In this document: positions 28,200 through 36,891 of the stretch, piece by piece | Layout of the letters: the number at the start of each line of letters is the position of its first letter | How positions within the stretch are numbered: position 1 is the first letter of the stretch | Assembly: GCA_029775875.1 (NCBI GenBank) | Contig: JARVKD010000004.1 | Coordinates: forward strand, 1-50,301 | Direction: 5' to 3' | DNA from: Nitrososphaeria archaeon | Lineage (GTDB): Archaea > Thermoproteota > Nitrososphaeria > Nitrososphaerales > JACAEJ01 | DNA length: 50,301 bases | Notes under the pieces: model-generated | What the model was told of the DNA's origin: nothing | Database searches by the model: none | The model's input: the letters and a program-made list of their open reading frames with translations, nothing else | Translations under genes and position numbers: made by a program

Positions 28200-29552
28200 T
28201 TGGATAAAACTATAGTCTCATCAGATCAAAGGAGTTTCTTGAAAATACTGGAAAGAAGTGGTCAGATGATAAGAATAAAGAAAGAGGTGTCTTATTTATA
28301 CGAGGCAGCAGCCATAATGAAAAAGTTTGATAAAGGTCCAGTTTTATTCTTTGAGAAGATAAAAGATTCAGACTATCCTTTAGTTAGCGGTTTATGTAAT
28401 ACGAAGGAAAGAGTCTGTTCAGCCATTGGCATAAGTTCAAATGAGCTTAACGAGAAGATATCCTCATCAATAAAAAATCCGATGAACCCTAAAATCCTTG
28501 AAGATGCTCCATTTAAAGAATATTCAAATAAGCCGAAGCTGAGCAAGTTACCAATAATCAAGCACTATGAGAAGGATGCTGGAAGATACATAACATCAGG
28601 GGTAGTCTTTGCAAAAAATATAGAGACAGAGACTCAGAATGCATCCATACATAGATTGCTCCTTTTGGATGATGAGCATTTAGCCATAAGAGTAGTAGAA
28701 GGAAGGCATTTATGGAGATGCCTAAAATTATCAAAGCAAGCAAGAAAGCCCCTTGAAGTGGCAATAGCAATAGGAATTCATCCAGCTGTATCTTTGGCAG
28801 CTGCTTGCCAAGTGCCCTATGGTGTCGATGAGATGAGCGTTGCTAACTCTCTTTTAAATGGCAATCTAACTGTTTCAAAGTGCAATAGTGTAGACTTATT
28901 CGTTCCATCTTATTCTGAGATGGTTTTGGAAGGAGAATTTATGATGGATAGAGAAGAGGAAGAATTCATGGCAGACATGCTGGGCACTTACGATTATCCT
29001 AGAAAGCAGCCAGTAATCGAAGTAAAAAATATTTCCCATAGAAAAAATGCCTTTTATCAAGGATTGTTGCCAGCTGGTAGCGAGCATCGCTTGCTCATGT
29101 CCCTTCCAATAGAAGTAAAGCTATTTCAAGGAGTAAAGAATACAGTTCCATCCACTAAAGCTGTTCATCTTACTGATGGTGGTTGTAATTGGTTACATGC
29201 AGTAATTCAGATTAAAAAAACTTATGAAGGAGAGCCAAAGAATGCAATACTATCAGCCTTTGCCAACCATCCATCCTTAAAATTGGCAATAGTTGTTGAT
29301 GATGATATAAATCCCTTTGATATGAAAAGCGTAGAATTCGCCATTGCTACTCGCTTCCAAGGTGATAAGGGTTTGGTAATAATACATAATGCAAAAGGCT
29401 CTAGTTTAGACCCATCGAGTGATCAAGAAAACCTTCTCACTACAAAGGTTGGGATAGATGCAACTATAAGCCTCTTCAAGAAAAGAGAAAGGTTTGAAAT
29501 AGCTAAGATACCTGGCGAAGATTTAATTGATGCTAAAGAATATATTGCTTAA
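28200..29552 (+). CDS. UbiD-family decarboxylase, probably anhydromevalonate phosphate decarboxylase
   Basis: DAGRYIT, NASIHR, VEGRHL, GGCNWLH, VVDDDI, GSSLDPS, KVGIDAT; divergent from the aconitase X genes. Confidence 0.88.
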   Translation: MDKTIVSSDQRSFLKILERSGQMIRIKKEVSYLYEAAAIMKKFDKGPVLFFEKIKDSDYPLVSGLCNTKERVCSAIGISSNELNEKISSSIKNPMNPKILEDAPFKEYSNKPKLSKLPIIKHYEKDAGRYITSGVVFAKNIETETQNASIHRLLLLDDEHLAIRVVEGRHLWRCLKLSKQARKPLEVAIAIGIHPAVSLAAACQVPYGVDEMSVANSLLNGNLTVSKCNSVDLFVPSYSEMVLEGEFMMDREEEEFMADMLGTYDYPRKQPVIEVKNISHRKNAFYQGLLPAGSEHRLLMSLPIEVKLFQGVKNTVPSTKAVHLTDGGCNWLHAVIQIKKTYEGEPKNAILSAFANHPSLKLAIVVDDDINPFDMKSVEFAIATRFQGDKGLVIIHNAKGSSLDPSSDQENLLTTKVGIDATISLFKKRERFEIAKIPGEDLIDAKEYIA

Positions 29553-29887
29553 GTTTTGCAAAGTTCTTTTATTTCTTCCAATAACCTTTTTGCTATATGA
29601 GCATCTATAGGAGTTATTGTGTATAAAGATGCTATTACAATACCATCTATTATCATAGATATACTCTCAGAAAATATTCTTGAGTAGACATCCTCAAACT
29701 TGCTCGGAATGATGATGCTAGAACTTGCTCTATTTTCAATCTTCACTGATAATGCCATAGAGCCTAACTTCATCTCCTCTCCTTCACAAACGATTAAGAA
29801 ACAGCCATTCTTGGCTCTTATAATATGAATGTTAAAGAGTCTTCCATTTACTTCTATTTTCTTATTCAAAAAAGAGTTCAAAGCCAA
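29549..29887 (-). CDS. Hypothetical protein, possible proteasome assembly chaperone (PAC4-like)
   Basis: NGCF..V.EG...KLGSMALS beta-rich pattern; last gene of the psmA-exosome string. Confidence 0.55.
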   Translation of the reverse strand: MALNSFLNKKIEVNGRLFNIHIIRAKNGCFLIVCEGEEMKLGSMALSVKIENRASSSIIIPSKFEDVYSRIFSESISMIIDGIVIASLYTITPIDAHIAKRLLEEIKELCKT

Positions 29888-29897
29888 CTTTAATCAT

Positions 29898-30191
29898 CTA
29901 TTCTTTTAAGTCGCTAATAGTATTCTTTACCACGTTTATCAGCCTTAAATAAGAATTTATCCCAGCCCTTAACTGAGATATATCATCCCCTCTTAGATTT
30001 ATGATTAATTTGTCTTTATCATGAGAAATGTTAACTAATAAGCTTGATTTCGGGGCTTTGTCTATATCAGGCTTCAGAGCAAAGTAAGCAACTTTAGCCA
30101 AATTTTCTAAGCTAACTTCTATCTTGGCTTCTAATCCTTTAATTATTCTTCCTTTCCTAACCTGGGGAGATCGGCGTTGGAGTGATGTCAT
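29898..30191 (-). CDS. pcc1: KEOPS complex subunit Pcc1 (start uncertain, possibly ATA 30146)
   Basis: ALKPD...L.INL...DISQLRAGINSYLRL; conserved position after rpl37ae. Confidence 0.85.
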   Translation of the reverse strand: MTSLQRRSPQVRKGRIIKGLEAKIEVSLENLAKVAYFALKPDIDKAPKSSLLVNISHDKDKLIINLRGDDISQLRAGINSYLRLINVVKNTISDLKE

Positions 30192-30390
30192 AAGCCCTTC
30201 CTGCTATGACTAAGCCACAGGATTTACACTCCCATATTCCCTTACTCTTTCTCTTCAACTTCCATGAGCCACAGTTAGGGCATTTTCTCTTCATCTTTAA
30301 AGCAGTGAATATCATACCATACTTCTTTCTCAGAGTTGAGCCGTACTTGGCGCCGAGTCCTTTTAAGCCCTTATCCTTAGCCTTTGGCAT
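30157..30390 (-). CDS. rpl37ae: 50S ribosomal protein L37Ae (eL43)
   Basis: GAKYGSTLRK, CPNC...GIWECKSC..IAG.AY. Confidence 0.96.
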   Translation of the reverse strand: MPKAKDKGLKGLGAKYGSTLRKKYGMIFTALKMKRKCPNCGSWKLKRKSKGIWECKSCGLVIAGRAYDITPTPISPG

Positions 30391-31210
30391 ACTTCGTTAT
30401 CTCTCCTTTTATGATCTCTCTTATCTCCTTCGCTTTGACTTTAGCTATGTTTGTTGCTAATTTAACTTGGTCGAAGGTAAGAGTTCCAGGCTGACCTTTC
30501 TGACCAGCGCATAGATTCCCATCCTCATCTAATACAAGAGTTATTCTAGCATCCATAACAGCCTCCTCCTCAGAGGTTGGATCCACTATGAGCGCATCTC
30601 CTATTCTAGCCATAGTCACAGATACAGGAATACCATTTATTGGTAAAGGGATGATCTCATCTGATTGCTTTATCTGTCCGTTTTCATCAACATAATACCT
30701 TGGCATTTTACTTGTAGCGATAGAGGCAACGGTAGCATATGATGTTGCATCAAGTAAGTTGCCATCAGTATTCAAAACATTCACGTCGACGAATACAGCA
30801 AGTACTTTTTTCCCAGGGATAAGTGCAAGCTTTGAAAGGTCTATCATGTGAGATTCTCTAACTCCTCTGTCTACAACTCTAGCCAGCTCTATAGCATCTT
30901 CATCAGGAGGACCAGGCTCTGCATATGCTGAAGCAAGAGGCAAGACTTCTGTGTTTACCACTAAAAGCCCCTTATCAGGTGTATCAGGGAATGGATCTCC
31001 TATCTCTATCTTCACGCCTGCTATGACTTGAGTATTTCCAACTTGAACACGAGCTGAGCCATTAGCCTTCTCTATTACGCCGGTCTCTATAGTAATAGGG
31101 CGAAAGTCCATTAAGCCCCTATTATCGAGCCTCTTTTCTTTTGATAATAGCTCTATCATCTGAACTTTTCTTAACTGTTCAACCACTATGGATTTTTTAA
31201 CAGCAGACAT
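30377..31210 (-). CDS. rrp42: Exosome complex component Rrp42
   Basis: RLDNR...FR, KANGSA, PFPDTP, GPPDE.AIELARVVDRG.RES, DPT.EEE. Confidence 0.97.
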   Translation of the reverse strand: MSAVKKSIVVEQLRKVQMIELLSKEKRLDNRGLMDFRPITIETGVIEKANGSARVQVGNTQVIAGVKIEIGDPFPDTPDKGLLVVNTEVLPLASAYAEPGPPDEDAIELARVVDRGVRESHMIDLSKLALIPGKKVLAVFVDVNVLNTDGNLLDATSYATVASIATSKMPRYYVDENGQIKQSDEIIPLPINGIPVSVTMARIGDALIVDPTSEEEAVMDARITLVLDEDGNLCAGQKGQPGTLTFDQVKLATNIAKVKAKEIREIIKGEITKYAKG

Positions 31211-31936
31211 TCATTCCTCACCAACTTCAGCCTTACCAAAGTACTTATCCATCAAGGCTTTTCGCTGAGCATCATAGATAGTCCGACAAGCGTTGATAGC
31301 CATATCAAAAGCCTTTTCAAACTCTTCAGGGGTCAATATACCATCCAGCTGAAATAGAGTTAGTTGATTCAGGTTTGGCATTATGGCAATGGGCATATCA
31401 GCTTCTCCTTCCTTATCCTCTACATCGTTCAGGTCTATTACAACCTGACCTGATGCCTTACCAGCAGCGCAAGCCACGACCATGTCACGCATAGATATGC
31501 CAGCATCAGCCAAGGCAACTGCAGAAGCAGTAATACCAGCACATCTTGAGCCACCGTCTGCTTGCAATACTTCTAGATAGACATCTATAGCCGTTCTTGG
31601 ATATTCTTCCAGCATTAGAGCCGGTTCAAGAGCTTCCCTTATCACCTTTGATATCTCTATTTCACGCCTTGATGGTTGGGGAGGTTTACGAGTATCTGTA
31701 GAGAAGGGAGCCATATGGTAGCGACACCTTAAAACGGATCTATCAGGTAGGGCTTGATGCTTCGGATGAACTTCTTTAGGACCATAGACTGCAACGACTA
31801 TCTTATTCTTACCCATCTCTATGTAGGAAGAACCGTCAGCGTTCTTGAGAACTCCGACTTCTATCTTTAAAGGCCTCAGCTCATCAACTCTTCTCCCATC
31901 TATCCTTAAACCCTTTTCATCTATCAATTCTTTCAA
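31211..31936 (-). CDS. rrp41: Exosome complex exonuclease Rrp41
   Basis: [46 protein letters not shown]. Confidence 0.97.
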   Translation of the reverse strand: MKELIDEKGLRIDGRRVDELRPLKIEVGVLKNADGSSYIEMGKNKIVVAVYGPKEVHPKHQALPDRSVLRCRYHMAPFSTDTRKPPQPSRREIEISKVIREALEPALMLEEYPRTAIDVYLEVLQADGGSRCAGITASAVALADAGISMRDMVVACAAGKASGQVVIDLNDVEDKEGEADMPIAIMPNLNQLTLFQLDGILTPEEFEKAFDMAINACRTIYDAQRKALMDKYFGKAEVGEE

Positions 31937-32619
31937 CTTTGTTCCTCCTTATACTTTGACAGGAAACTTTGAATATTTTTAGTCAAGCCTGCCAGATGGG
32001 CTTCCGATTCCACCATCTTTATGGCTTGAGTTGCCAGCAAGATACCATCAGGCGGACCTACTATTAAAATGATTCCATTTTGACCTATTATAAGTTTACA
32101 ATTTGTAGCAGTCTCTATCGTCTTGATCATGGACCCTTTCTTGCCTATCAACCTAGGGACTTTGGCAGGGCTTATCCTCACCACTTCTCCCTTTGGTATG
32201 CGCCCTAATCCTGGTCCGGACACACTCAAAAGAGGGTTCCTAGTTCTATCATAAGCAACAACCTTTGCATATATCAGATCACCTATGGAGAATTTCTTTA
32301 AAAGAGATTCACGATCGGGAGAGAATTCTTTACCAAAAACGCTTTGAGCAGAAAGATATGCAAAGAAGCATGAGTTTATATCTACTTCCCATGAAAAGGC
32401 TGAAAAATCGACTATCTTTCCTATTACCAAATCATCAACTCTAGGGATGTAAGGTCCAGTCAAGGGAATAACACGAATTCCCTCATGGCTGATCTCAGCT
32501 AAGCCTACTTTTGTTGCATAGAACTTGTTGTTGATTCTAATTACATTACTTATGGACTTATAGTTTCCCTCAGCGATTAGCTCGCCAGGGGTTACATATT
32601 TTCTTTCAACTTCAGGCAT
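31933..32619 (-). CDS. rrp4: Exosome RNA-binding protein Rrp4
   Basis: V.PGE, YIP..DD.VIG S1 domain, [14 protein letters not shown] motif, GQNG. Confidence 0.96.
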   Translation of the reverse strand: MPEVERKYVTPGELIAEGNYKSISNVIRINNKFYATKVGLAEISHEGIRVIPLTGPYIPRVDDLVIGKIVDFSAFSWEVDINSCFFAYLSAQSVFGKEFSPDRESLLKKFSIGDLIYAKVVAYDRTRNPLLSVSGPGLGRIPKGEVVRISPAKVPRLIGKKGSMIKTIETATNCKLIIGQNGIILIVGPPDGILLATQAIKMVESEAHLAGLTKNIQSFLSKYKEEQS

Positions 32620-32626
32620 ATTTCTC

Positions 32627-33316
32627 TCACTTCATCAAAGTTATTTCAGAGGTTCCCTTTGTAATAGAACCCAATTTATCTATCAAAGAAGAATGAACTC
32701 CAGCAGGAATCTCTACAATCGCGCTTAAAGAGCCGTCTGACAACCATTCTTCTTTTTGAATCGTCCCATAACTCTTTAACGTTCCTAAAGCTTTAGGAGC
32801 AAATTGAGGTTGAATTTTCACCATGAGCTTTATCTTCTCATGCTTAAGGGGGAGAACTGTCCTTAACTGTTCCACAACAGTCTTTGCTTGCTCTTCAGCA
32901 CTCTTGAAAGGATCGATGGAAACATGAACCTGAGAAAGTGCTTGCTCGACCCTTGTTTGAGGATGTGGCAAGCCTGTCCTAGGATCTACAAAGTTTTTGC
33001 TTATGATGGAGATTATCTGCTTCCTTTTTTCTTCTATCAAGGAGCGCCTCTGTTCAGAGGTAAGCTGAAGCTCTCCCTTTTTCAGTATGATTTCAGCCAC
33101 TTCTGGAGCATAAGTTGTATTGAAGAACTTTTTCAACTTTTCCACTGGAATGCGTAGCCCTTTTGATGCATCAGAAAAAACCTCATCGATGGCAATTATC
33201 TTTGATGGTTCGATTTGGCGACCCATCTTGTAATCTAGAGCGCTCTTGGGGTCTACTAGTATCTCAAACCTCTCGCCATCTAACACTAGCCTAACTACAG
33301 TGAATTTGCTACTCAA
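32627..33316 (-). CDS. Ribosome maturation factor SBDS/Sdo1
   Basis: GERFEILVDP, F.DASKG, GELQLT.EQR, DPRT..PHP..R; true start probably TTG 33316 (MSSKFTVVR) with GGTG SD. Confidence 0.95.
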   Translation of the reverse strand: MSSKFTVVRLVLDGERFEILVDPKSALDYKMGRQIEPSKIIAIDEVFSDASKGLRIPVEKLKKFFNTTYAPEVAEIILKKGELQLTSEQRRSLIEEKRKQIISIISKNFVDPRTGLPHPQTRVEQALSQVHVSIDPFKSAEEQAKTVVEQLRTVLPLKHEKIKLMVKIQPQFAPKALGTLKSYGTIQKEEWLSDGSLSAIVEIPAGVHSSLIDKLGSITKGTSEITLMK

Positions 33317-33332
33317 ATTAAGAAAGCACCGA

Positions 33333-34073
33333 CTAAGCTTTGCCTGTAGTAGAAAGCCTCTCCTTCGCCTTCTCCGCAAATTTGGCTATCTCTTCGTCTG
33401 TGAGACGTTTCATCTTCTTGCTCTCTGTATCTATCAGAGCTATCTTTATGTGCTTTGTACCCACTTTGTCCTCACTCACTAGATATACACACTCTATGGC
33501 TAATATACAGGCTTCTTCTAGGCTCATGTTAGGATCGTATCTTTTCTCAAGGTATTCTGTCACCTGATCACTCCCAGCCCCAATGGCAGCACCATCATAG
33601 CCCAAGTAAGTTCCACTAGGGTCTGTAGAGAAGAGCATTGCTCCATTTCTATCCACGCCAGCGATGATCAAGGAGACGCCGAAGGGTCTCACTCCTGCAT
33701 ATTGAGTGTATTGCTGATTCAAATCTCCTATTCTTTTTGCAACAGCCTCAACTTCGACAGGTTCATCATATATCAACCTGTTTGTTTGAGCAAAAACTCT
33801 TGAGACATCTACTTGAATTCGAGCATCTGGTACGTAACCAGCAGCAGCTATACCTATGTGGTCATCGACTTGAAATATCTTCTGGCTTATGTTCGGGTTC
33901 TGTAGTTTTCTTGTTCTCTCTTCAACTGCCAATACTACACCATTCTTTACCTTTAAGCCTAAAGCTAGTGTTCCTCTCCTAACGGTCTCTATAGCGTATT
34001 CAACTTGGTAGAGTCTACCGTCTGGAGAGAATATCGTTATCGCTCTATCGTATCCAGCGCTTGGGGCAAACAT
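33333..34073 (-). CDS. psmA: Proteasome subunit alpha
   Basis: GYDRAITIFSPDGRLYQVEYA signature, YTQ..GVRPFG, TDPSG. Confidence 0.98.
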   Translation of the reverse strand: MFAPSAGYDRAITIFSPDGRLYQVEYAIETVRRGTLALGLKVKNGVVLAVEERTRKLQNPNISQKIFQVDDHIGIAAAGYVPDARIQVDVSRVFAQTNRLIYDEPVEVEAVAKRIGDLNQQYTQYAGVRPFGVSLIIAGVDRNGAMLFSTDPSGTYLGYDGAAIGAGSDQVTEYLEKRYDPNMSLEEACILAIECVYLVSEDKVGTKHIKIALIDTESKKMKRLTDEEIAKFAEKAKERLSTTGKA

Positions 34074-34104
34074 AACTACTCACTTCTACAATAATTATCA
34101 AACT

Positions 34105-34121
34105 AAGGGTTTAAAACCCTT
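34105..34121 (-). promoter_or_regulatory. BRE/TATA of the psmA-exosome operon embedded in a perfect palindrome
   Basis: AAGGGTTT-A-AAACCCTT; minus strand reads AAAAGGG-TTTTAAA about 40 nt upstream of the psmA ATG. Confidence 0.5.
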
Positions 34122-34235
34122 TTCTAATAAAAAAGTGACATATTTATTATTTGTGTTATTGATCTGAATCTTACTTAGGTTCTATGTGAAAATAAAAGCT
34201 TATAAATTGAAGCTATAATTTAAAGATGAGTCAAA

Positions 34236-34601
34236 ATGGAAAGGAAGACTATAACGAAGGAAAAAGTCGTTGGTATGCAAGTTGTTGATGGCGATGCCCG
34301 CTTAATTGGAGTGGTCAAAGATGTTTCTTTTGCAGTTGGAGAATCAAGAATGTATTTGGTTGTCGAGTTGAAGGATGGAAAGATTCAGGAGTTTCCTTGG
34401 GAGGATATTCAAGCAGCAGGCGATTTCGTTCTTTTAAGACCTAAGCCCAAGATCGAGGCTGTAGCCCCAACACCAACTGTTACTCCAACTCAAGCCCCAG
34501 CAGCTCAAGCCCAGACTCTTTGTCCTACATGTGGAAAACCATTAACCTACATTCAACAGTACAAACGCTGGTACTGCTATAACGAACAGAAATACGTATG
34601 A
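34236..34601 (+). CDS. PRC-barrel protein with C-terminal zinc-ribbon-like motif
   Basis: VVGMQVVD.DA..IG.VKDV...PWEDIQAAGDFVLL; P/T/Q/A linker; CPTCGKPLTYIQQYKRWYC. Confidence 0.85.
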   Translation: MERKTITKEKVVGMQVVDGDARLIGVVKDVSFAVGESRMYLVVELKDGKIQEFPWEDIQAAGDFVLLRPKPKIEAVAPTPTVTPTQAPAAQAQTLCPTCGKPLTYIQQYKRWYCYNEQKYV

Positions 34602-34689
34602 AACTTTGCACAAATGCTTTAACATCGTAATTTATGCTTATCATCCTAGAGTTATGTTTAAGTTATTCTTTAAATGATCTTGTGATGCC

Positions 34690-34887
34690 ATGCCTAAACA
34701 GATCGTTAACATTGAGGACTTCAAGAAGCTTTTGGAAAAGGCAGTAGAATGCCGTGTTTTGAGGATGGATGATAAGACAAAGTTAAAGCTTAGGACTAAG
34801 AAGATGCTCTATGTCTTTATTACATCAAAGGAAGAAGCAGATAAAATTCTAAAGGATATTAAGATTGAAGTAAAAGAAATAAAGTAA
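34690..34887 (+). CDS. rpl38e: Ribosomal protein eL38 (L38e)
   Basis: MPKQI..IEDF...A..CRV....KTKLKLRT...LY......EEA.K. Confidence 0.85.
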   Translation: MPKQIVNIEDFKKLLEKAVECRVLRMDDKTKLKLRTKKMLYVFITSKEEADKILKDIKIEVKEIK

Positions 34888-34934
34888 CAATGGCTCATAA
34901 GAAATGAATGAAGCAAGTATAAGGAAATCTTACA

Positions 34935-35480
34935 TCAAGTTTGACCTTTGATTTTACTCAAGCAATCTGAGCATAGCATAGGCAATTTTCTATCAACATC
35001 GTATATGCTATTGGCAAAGCTCATTATACAACTAGGTTCGTAGCAATGGGCCAAGCCGAAAAGGTGACCGAGTTCATGAGCAACTTCCTTGAATACCCTC
35101 TCGTTGATCAGGCTTGGCTCTAATCCAAACTCTAGCTCGAAAGATGTTAATCTCGCTGTTGAGAGAAGGGCTACACCTCTACTCATATCAGCCAATCCGA
35201 ATACAAAGTTCAAACTTGGTACAAATATATCAGCCAAAGTCACGCCAATTACCTTGTTATCTTTTGTTTTAAACTCTAAAAGTCTAGAAAGAATCCTTGT
35301 AGCATCGTACTGCTGCCTTGAGGAAACGTAATCTTCATTATGGAGAGGAACTCTTTCTAAAGATAGCTCAGGCTCACATCCGTACAGTCTAACAGCTGCT
35401 TCTAATTGGTCTGAAAAACGCATCAGGTAAAAGTCTCCTAAAGGCTTGACCAAGACTCTAATCTTTGGCTTTGAAAGCAT
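34935..35480 (-). CDS. amzA: Archaemetzincin (zinc metalloprotease)
   Basis: R.QY.A, LNFVFGLA, KEVAHELGHLFGLAHC...CIMSF.NS..DVD.K...LC..C. Confidence 0.93.
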   Translation of the reverse strand: MLSKPKIRVLVKPLGDFYLMRFSDQLEAAVRLYGCEPELSLERVPLHNEDYVSSRQQYDATRILSRLLEFKTKDNKVIGVTLADIFVPSLNFVFGLADMSRGVALLSTARLTSFELEFGLEPSLINERVFKEVAHELGHLFGLAHCYEPSCIMSFANSIYDVDRKLPMLCSDCLSKIKGQT

Positions 35481-35541
35481 TCCTTTCCACTATGCTTCTA
35501 TCATTAATTAGAACAGAGACTGATTATAAAGGTTCTTTGAG

Positions 35542-36798
35542 TTAAATCGAATAAGTATCACCAGTCTTAGGCGCCAAAGCATCTAGCCCAAGTTCACTCC
35601 TTAAATCTTCAGCGAATTTTATACAGCTCTCTTTTTCTCCATGCACTGTGTAGACTTTAGGAGAACCTTTTATCCCCTTGAACATATCGAAAAGCTCCTT
35701 TCTACCACTGTGAGATGAAAAGTCAAATTGGCGAACTTCAGCCTTGACCTTTCTTGGCCTGCCATTTATTATAGCCACCTTTTTCTCTAACAGCGTCCTT
35801 CCTGGAGTTCCAGGTATCTGATAAGAGACTATGGCTATGGCATTCTTGGGTTTCTTTGATACTTCACTATTGTAAAAGACAGCTGCTCCTCCAACTAGCA
35901 TGCCTGCAGGAGAGATTATCACTGATGGCGTCTTGACCATCCTCCTTCTCTGACTCCAACTCGTTATGAATTCGATGCTTTCCATGCTTCTTCGGAAAAG
36001 AGATGGATCTCTAAGATATTCTTGGTATCTGAACAGTATCTCATTGACCTTCAGAGCCATACCATCCATAGCCACTGAGTAAGGAAAGTTATGCTTTTTT
36101 AGCACACATGCCATTTCTTGAGCCCTGCCTACTGAGAAGGCTGGGACTAACAGGGTACCTCCTCTCTCTATAACCTCTTTAGCAAAATCAATAAACTCTT
36201 TTTCTACATCCTCGCTTTTTGGATGGTCACCCATTGCATAAGTGCTCTCTGTTATTACCGCATCTAGCTCACCAAATTTCGTGTCAGCGTCTCTAAGCAG
36301 TAATGAACCACGCGCGTTTATGTCTCCTGTATAGAGAAGCCTTTCTTTATTACTCTCCAATATGATACTTGCACCTCCAGGAATATGACTAGCTTCCAGA
36401 AAAGTAGCAGTGAATCCCTTTACATCGACTGTTTCGTTTAGTTTGAGTCTATGAGAACTCTTCATCATGGATAATAGGTCTATATATTCAAAAGGCAGGT
36501 AAAAGCCAGAAATGTTCAAGAAATCTTCTATAAGAAGTTTGGTCAACTCTAATGTCACTTCTGTGGCGTATAACTTCATATTTCCAGATATGTAGAATAG
36601 AGGGATTGCACCACTATGGTCTAGATGAGCATGTGAGAGAAGGATTCCATCCACTTCTTTTGGTGAAACGTGCATAGGAAATGTGGGCTCTCTTGTAAGC
36701 TGAACTCCAAAATCCAGCAAGACCTTACTGTCCATACTCTTGACTAAGAAAGCTGATCTTCCTACTTCCCTTGCAGCGCCTAGAATTTTTATTTCCAT
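35542..36798 (-). CDS. MBL-fold beta-CASP ribonuclease (aCPSF2-like)
   Basis: LGAAREVGRS, SHAHLDHSG, HIPG, YTGD, ESTY, PAFSVGRAQE, FSSH, VHGE; no KH domains. Confidence 0.92.
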   Translation of the reverse strand: MEIKILGAAREVGRSAFLVKSMDSKVLLDFGVQLTREPTFPMHVSPKEVDGILLSHAHLDHSGAIPLFYISGNMKLYATEVTLELTKLLIEDFLNISGFYLPFEYIDLLSMMKSSHRLKLNETVDVKGFTATFLEASHIPGGASIILESNKERLLYTGDINARGSLLLRDADTKFGELDAVITESTYAMGDHPKSEDVEKEFIDFAKEVIERGGTLLVPAFSVGRAQEMACVLKKHNFPYSVAMDGMALKVNEILFRYQEYLRDPSLFRRSMESIEFITSWSQRRRMVKTPSVIISPAGMLVGGAAVFYNSEVSKKPKNAIAIVSYQIPGTPGRTLLEKKVAIINGRPRKVKAEVRQFDFSSHSGRKELFDMFKGIKGSPKVYTVHGEKESCIKFAEDLRSELGLDALAPKTGDTYSI

Positions 36799-36891
36799 TT
36801 CAAAAACAGGATAAGAATCCGAGTGATAAGTAATATATAAGATGTGCTATAAATATATAAAGTGATTTAAATTCAACTGTATAGAATCCAT

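Noticed and set aside
33317-33379. Poly-Arg N-terminal extension of SBDS (MRRRRRRG...)
   Set aside because: Artefact of an upstream start inside psmA; TTG 33316 has an SD and matches the family N-terminus
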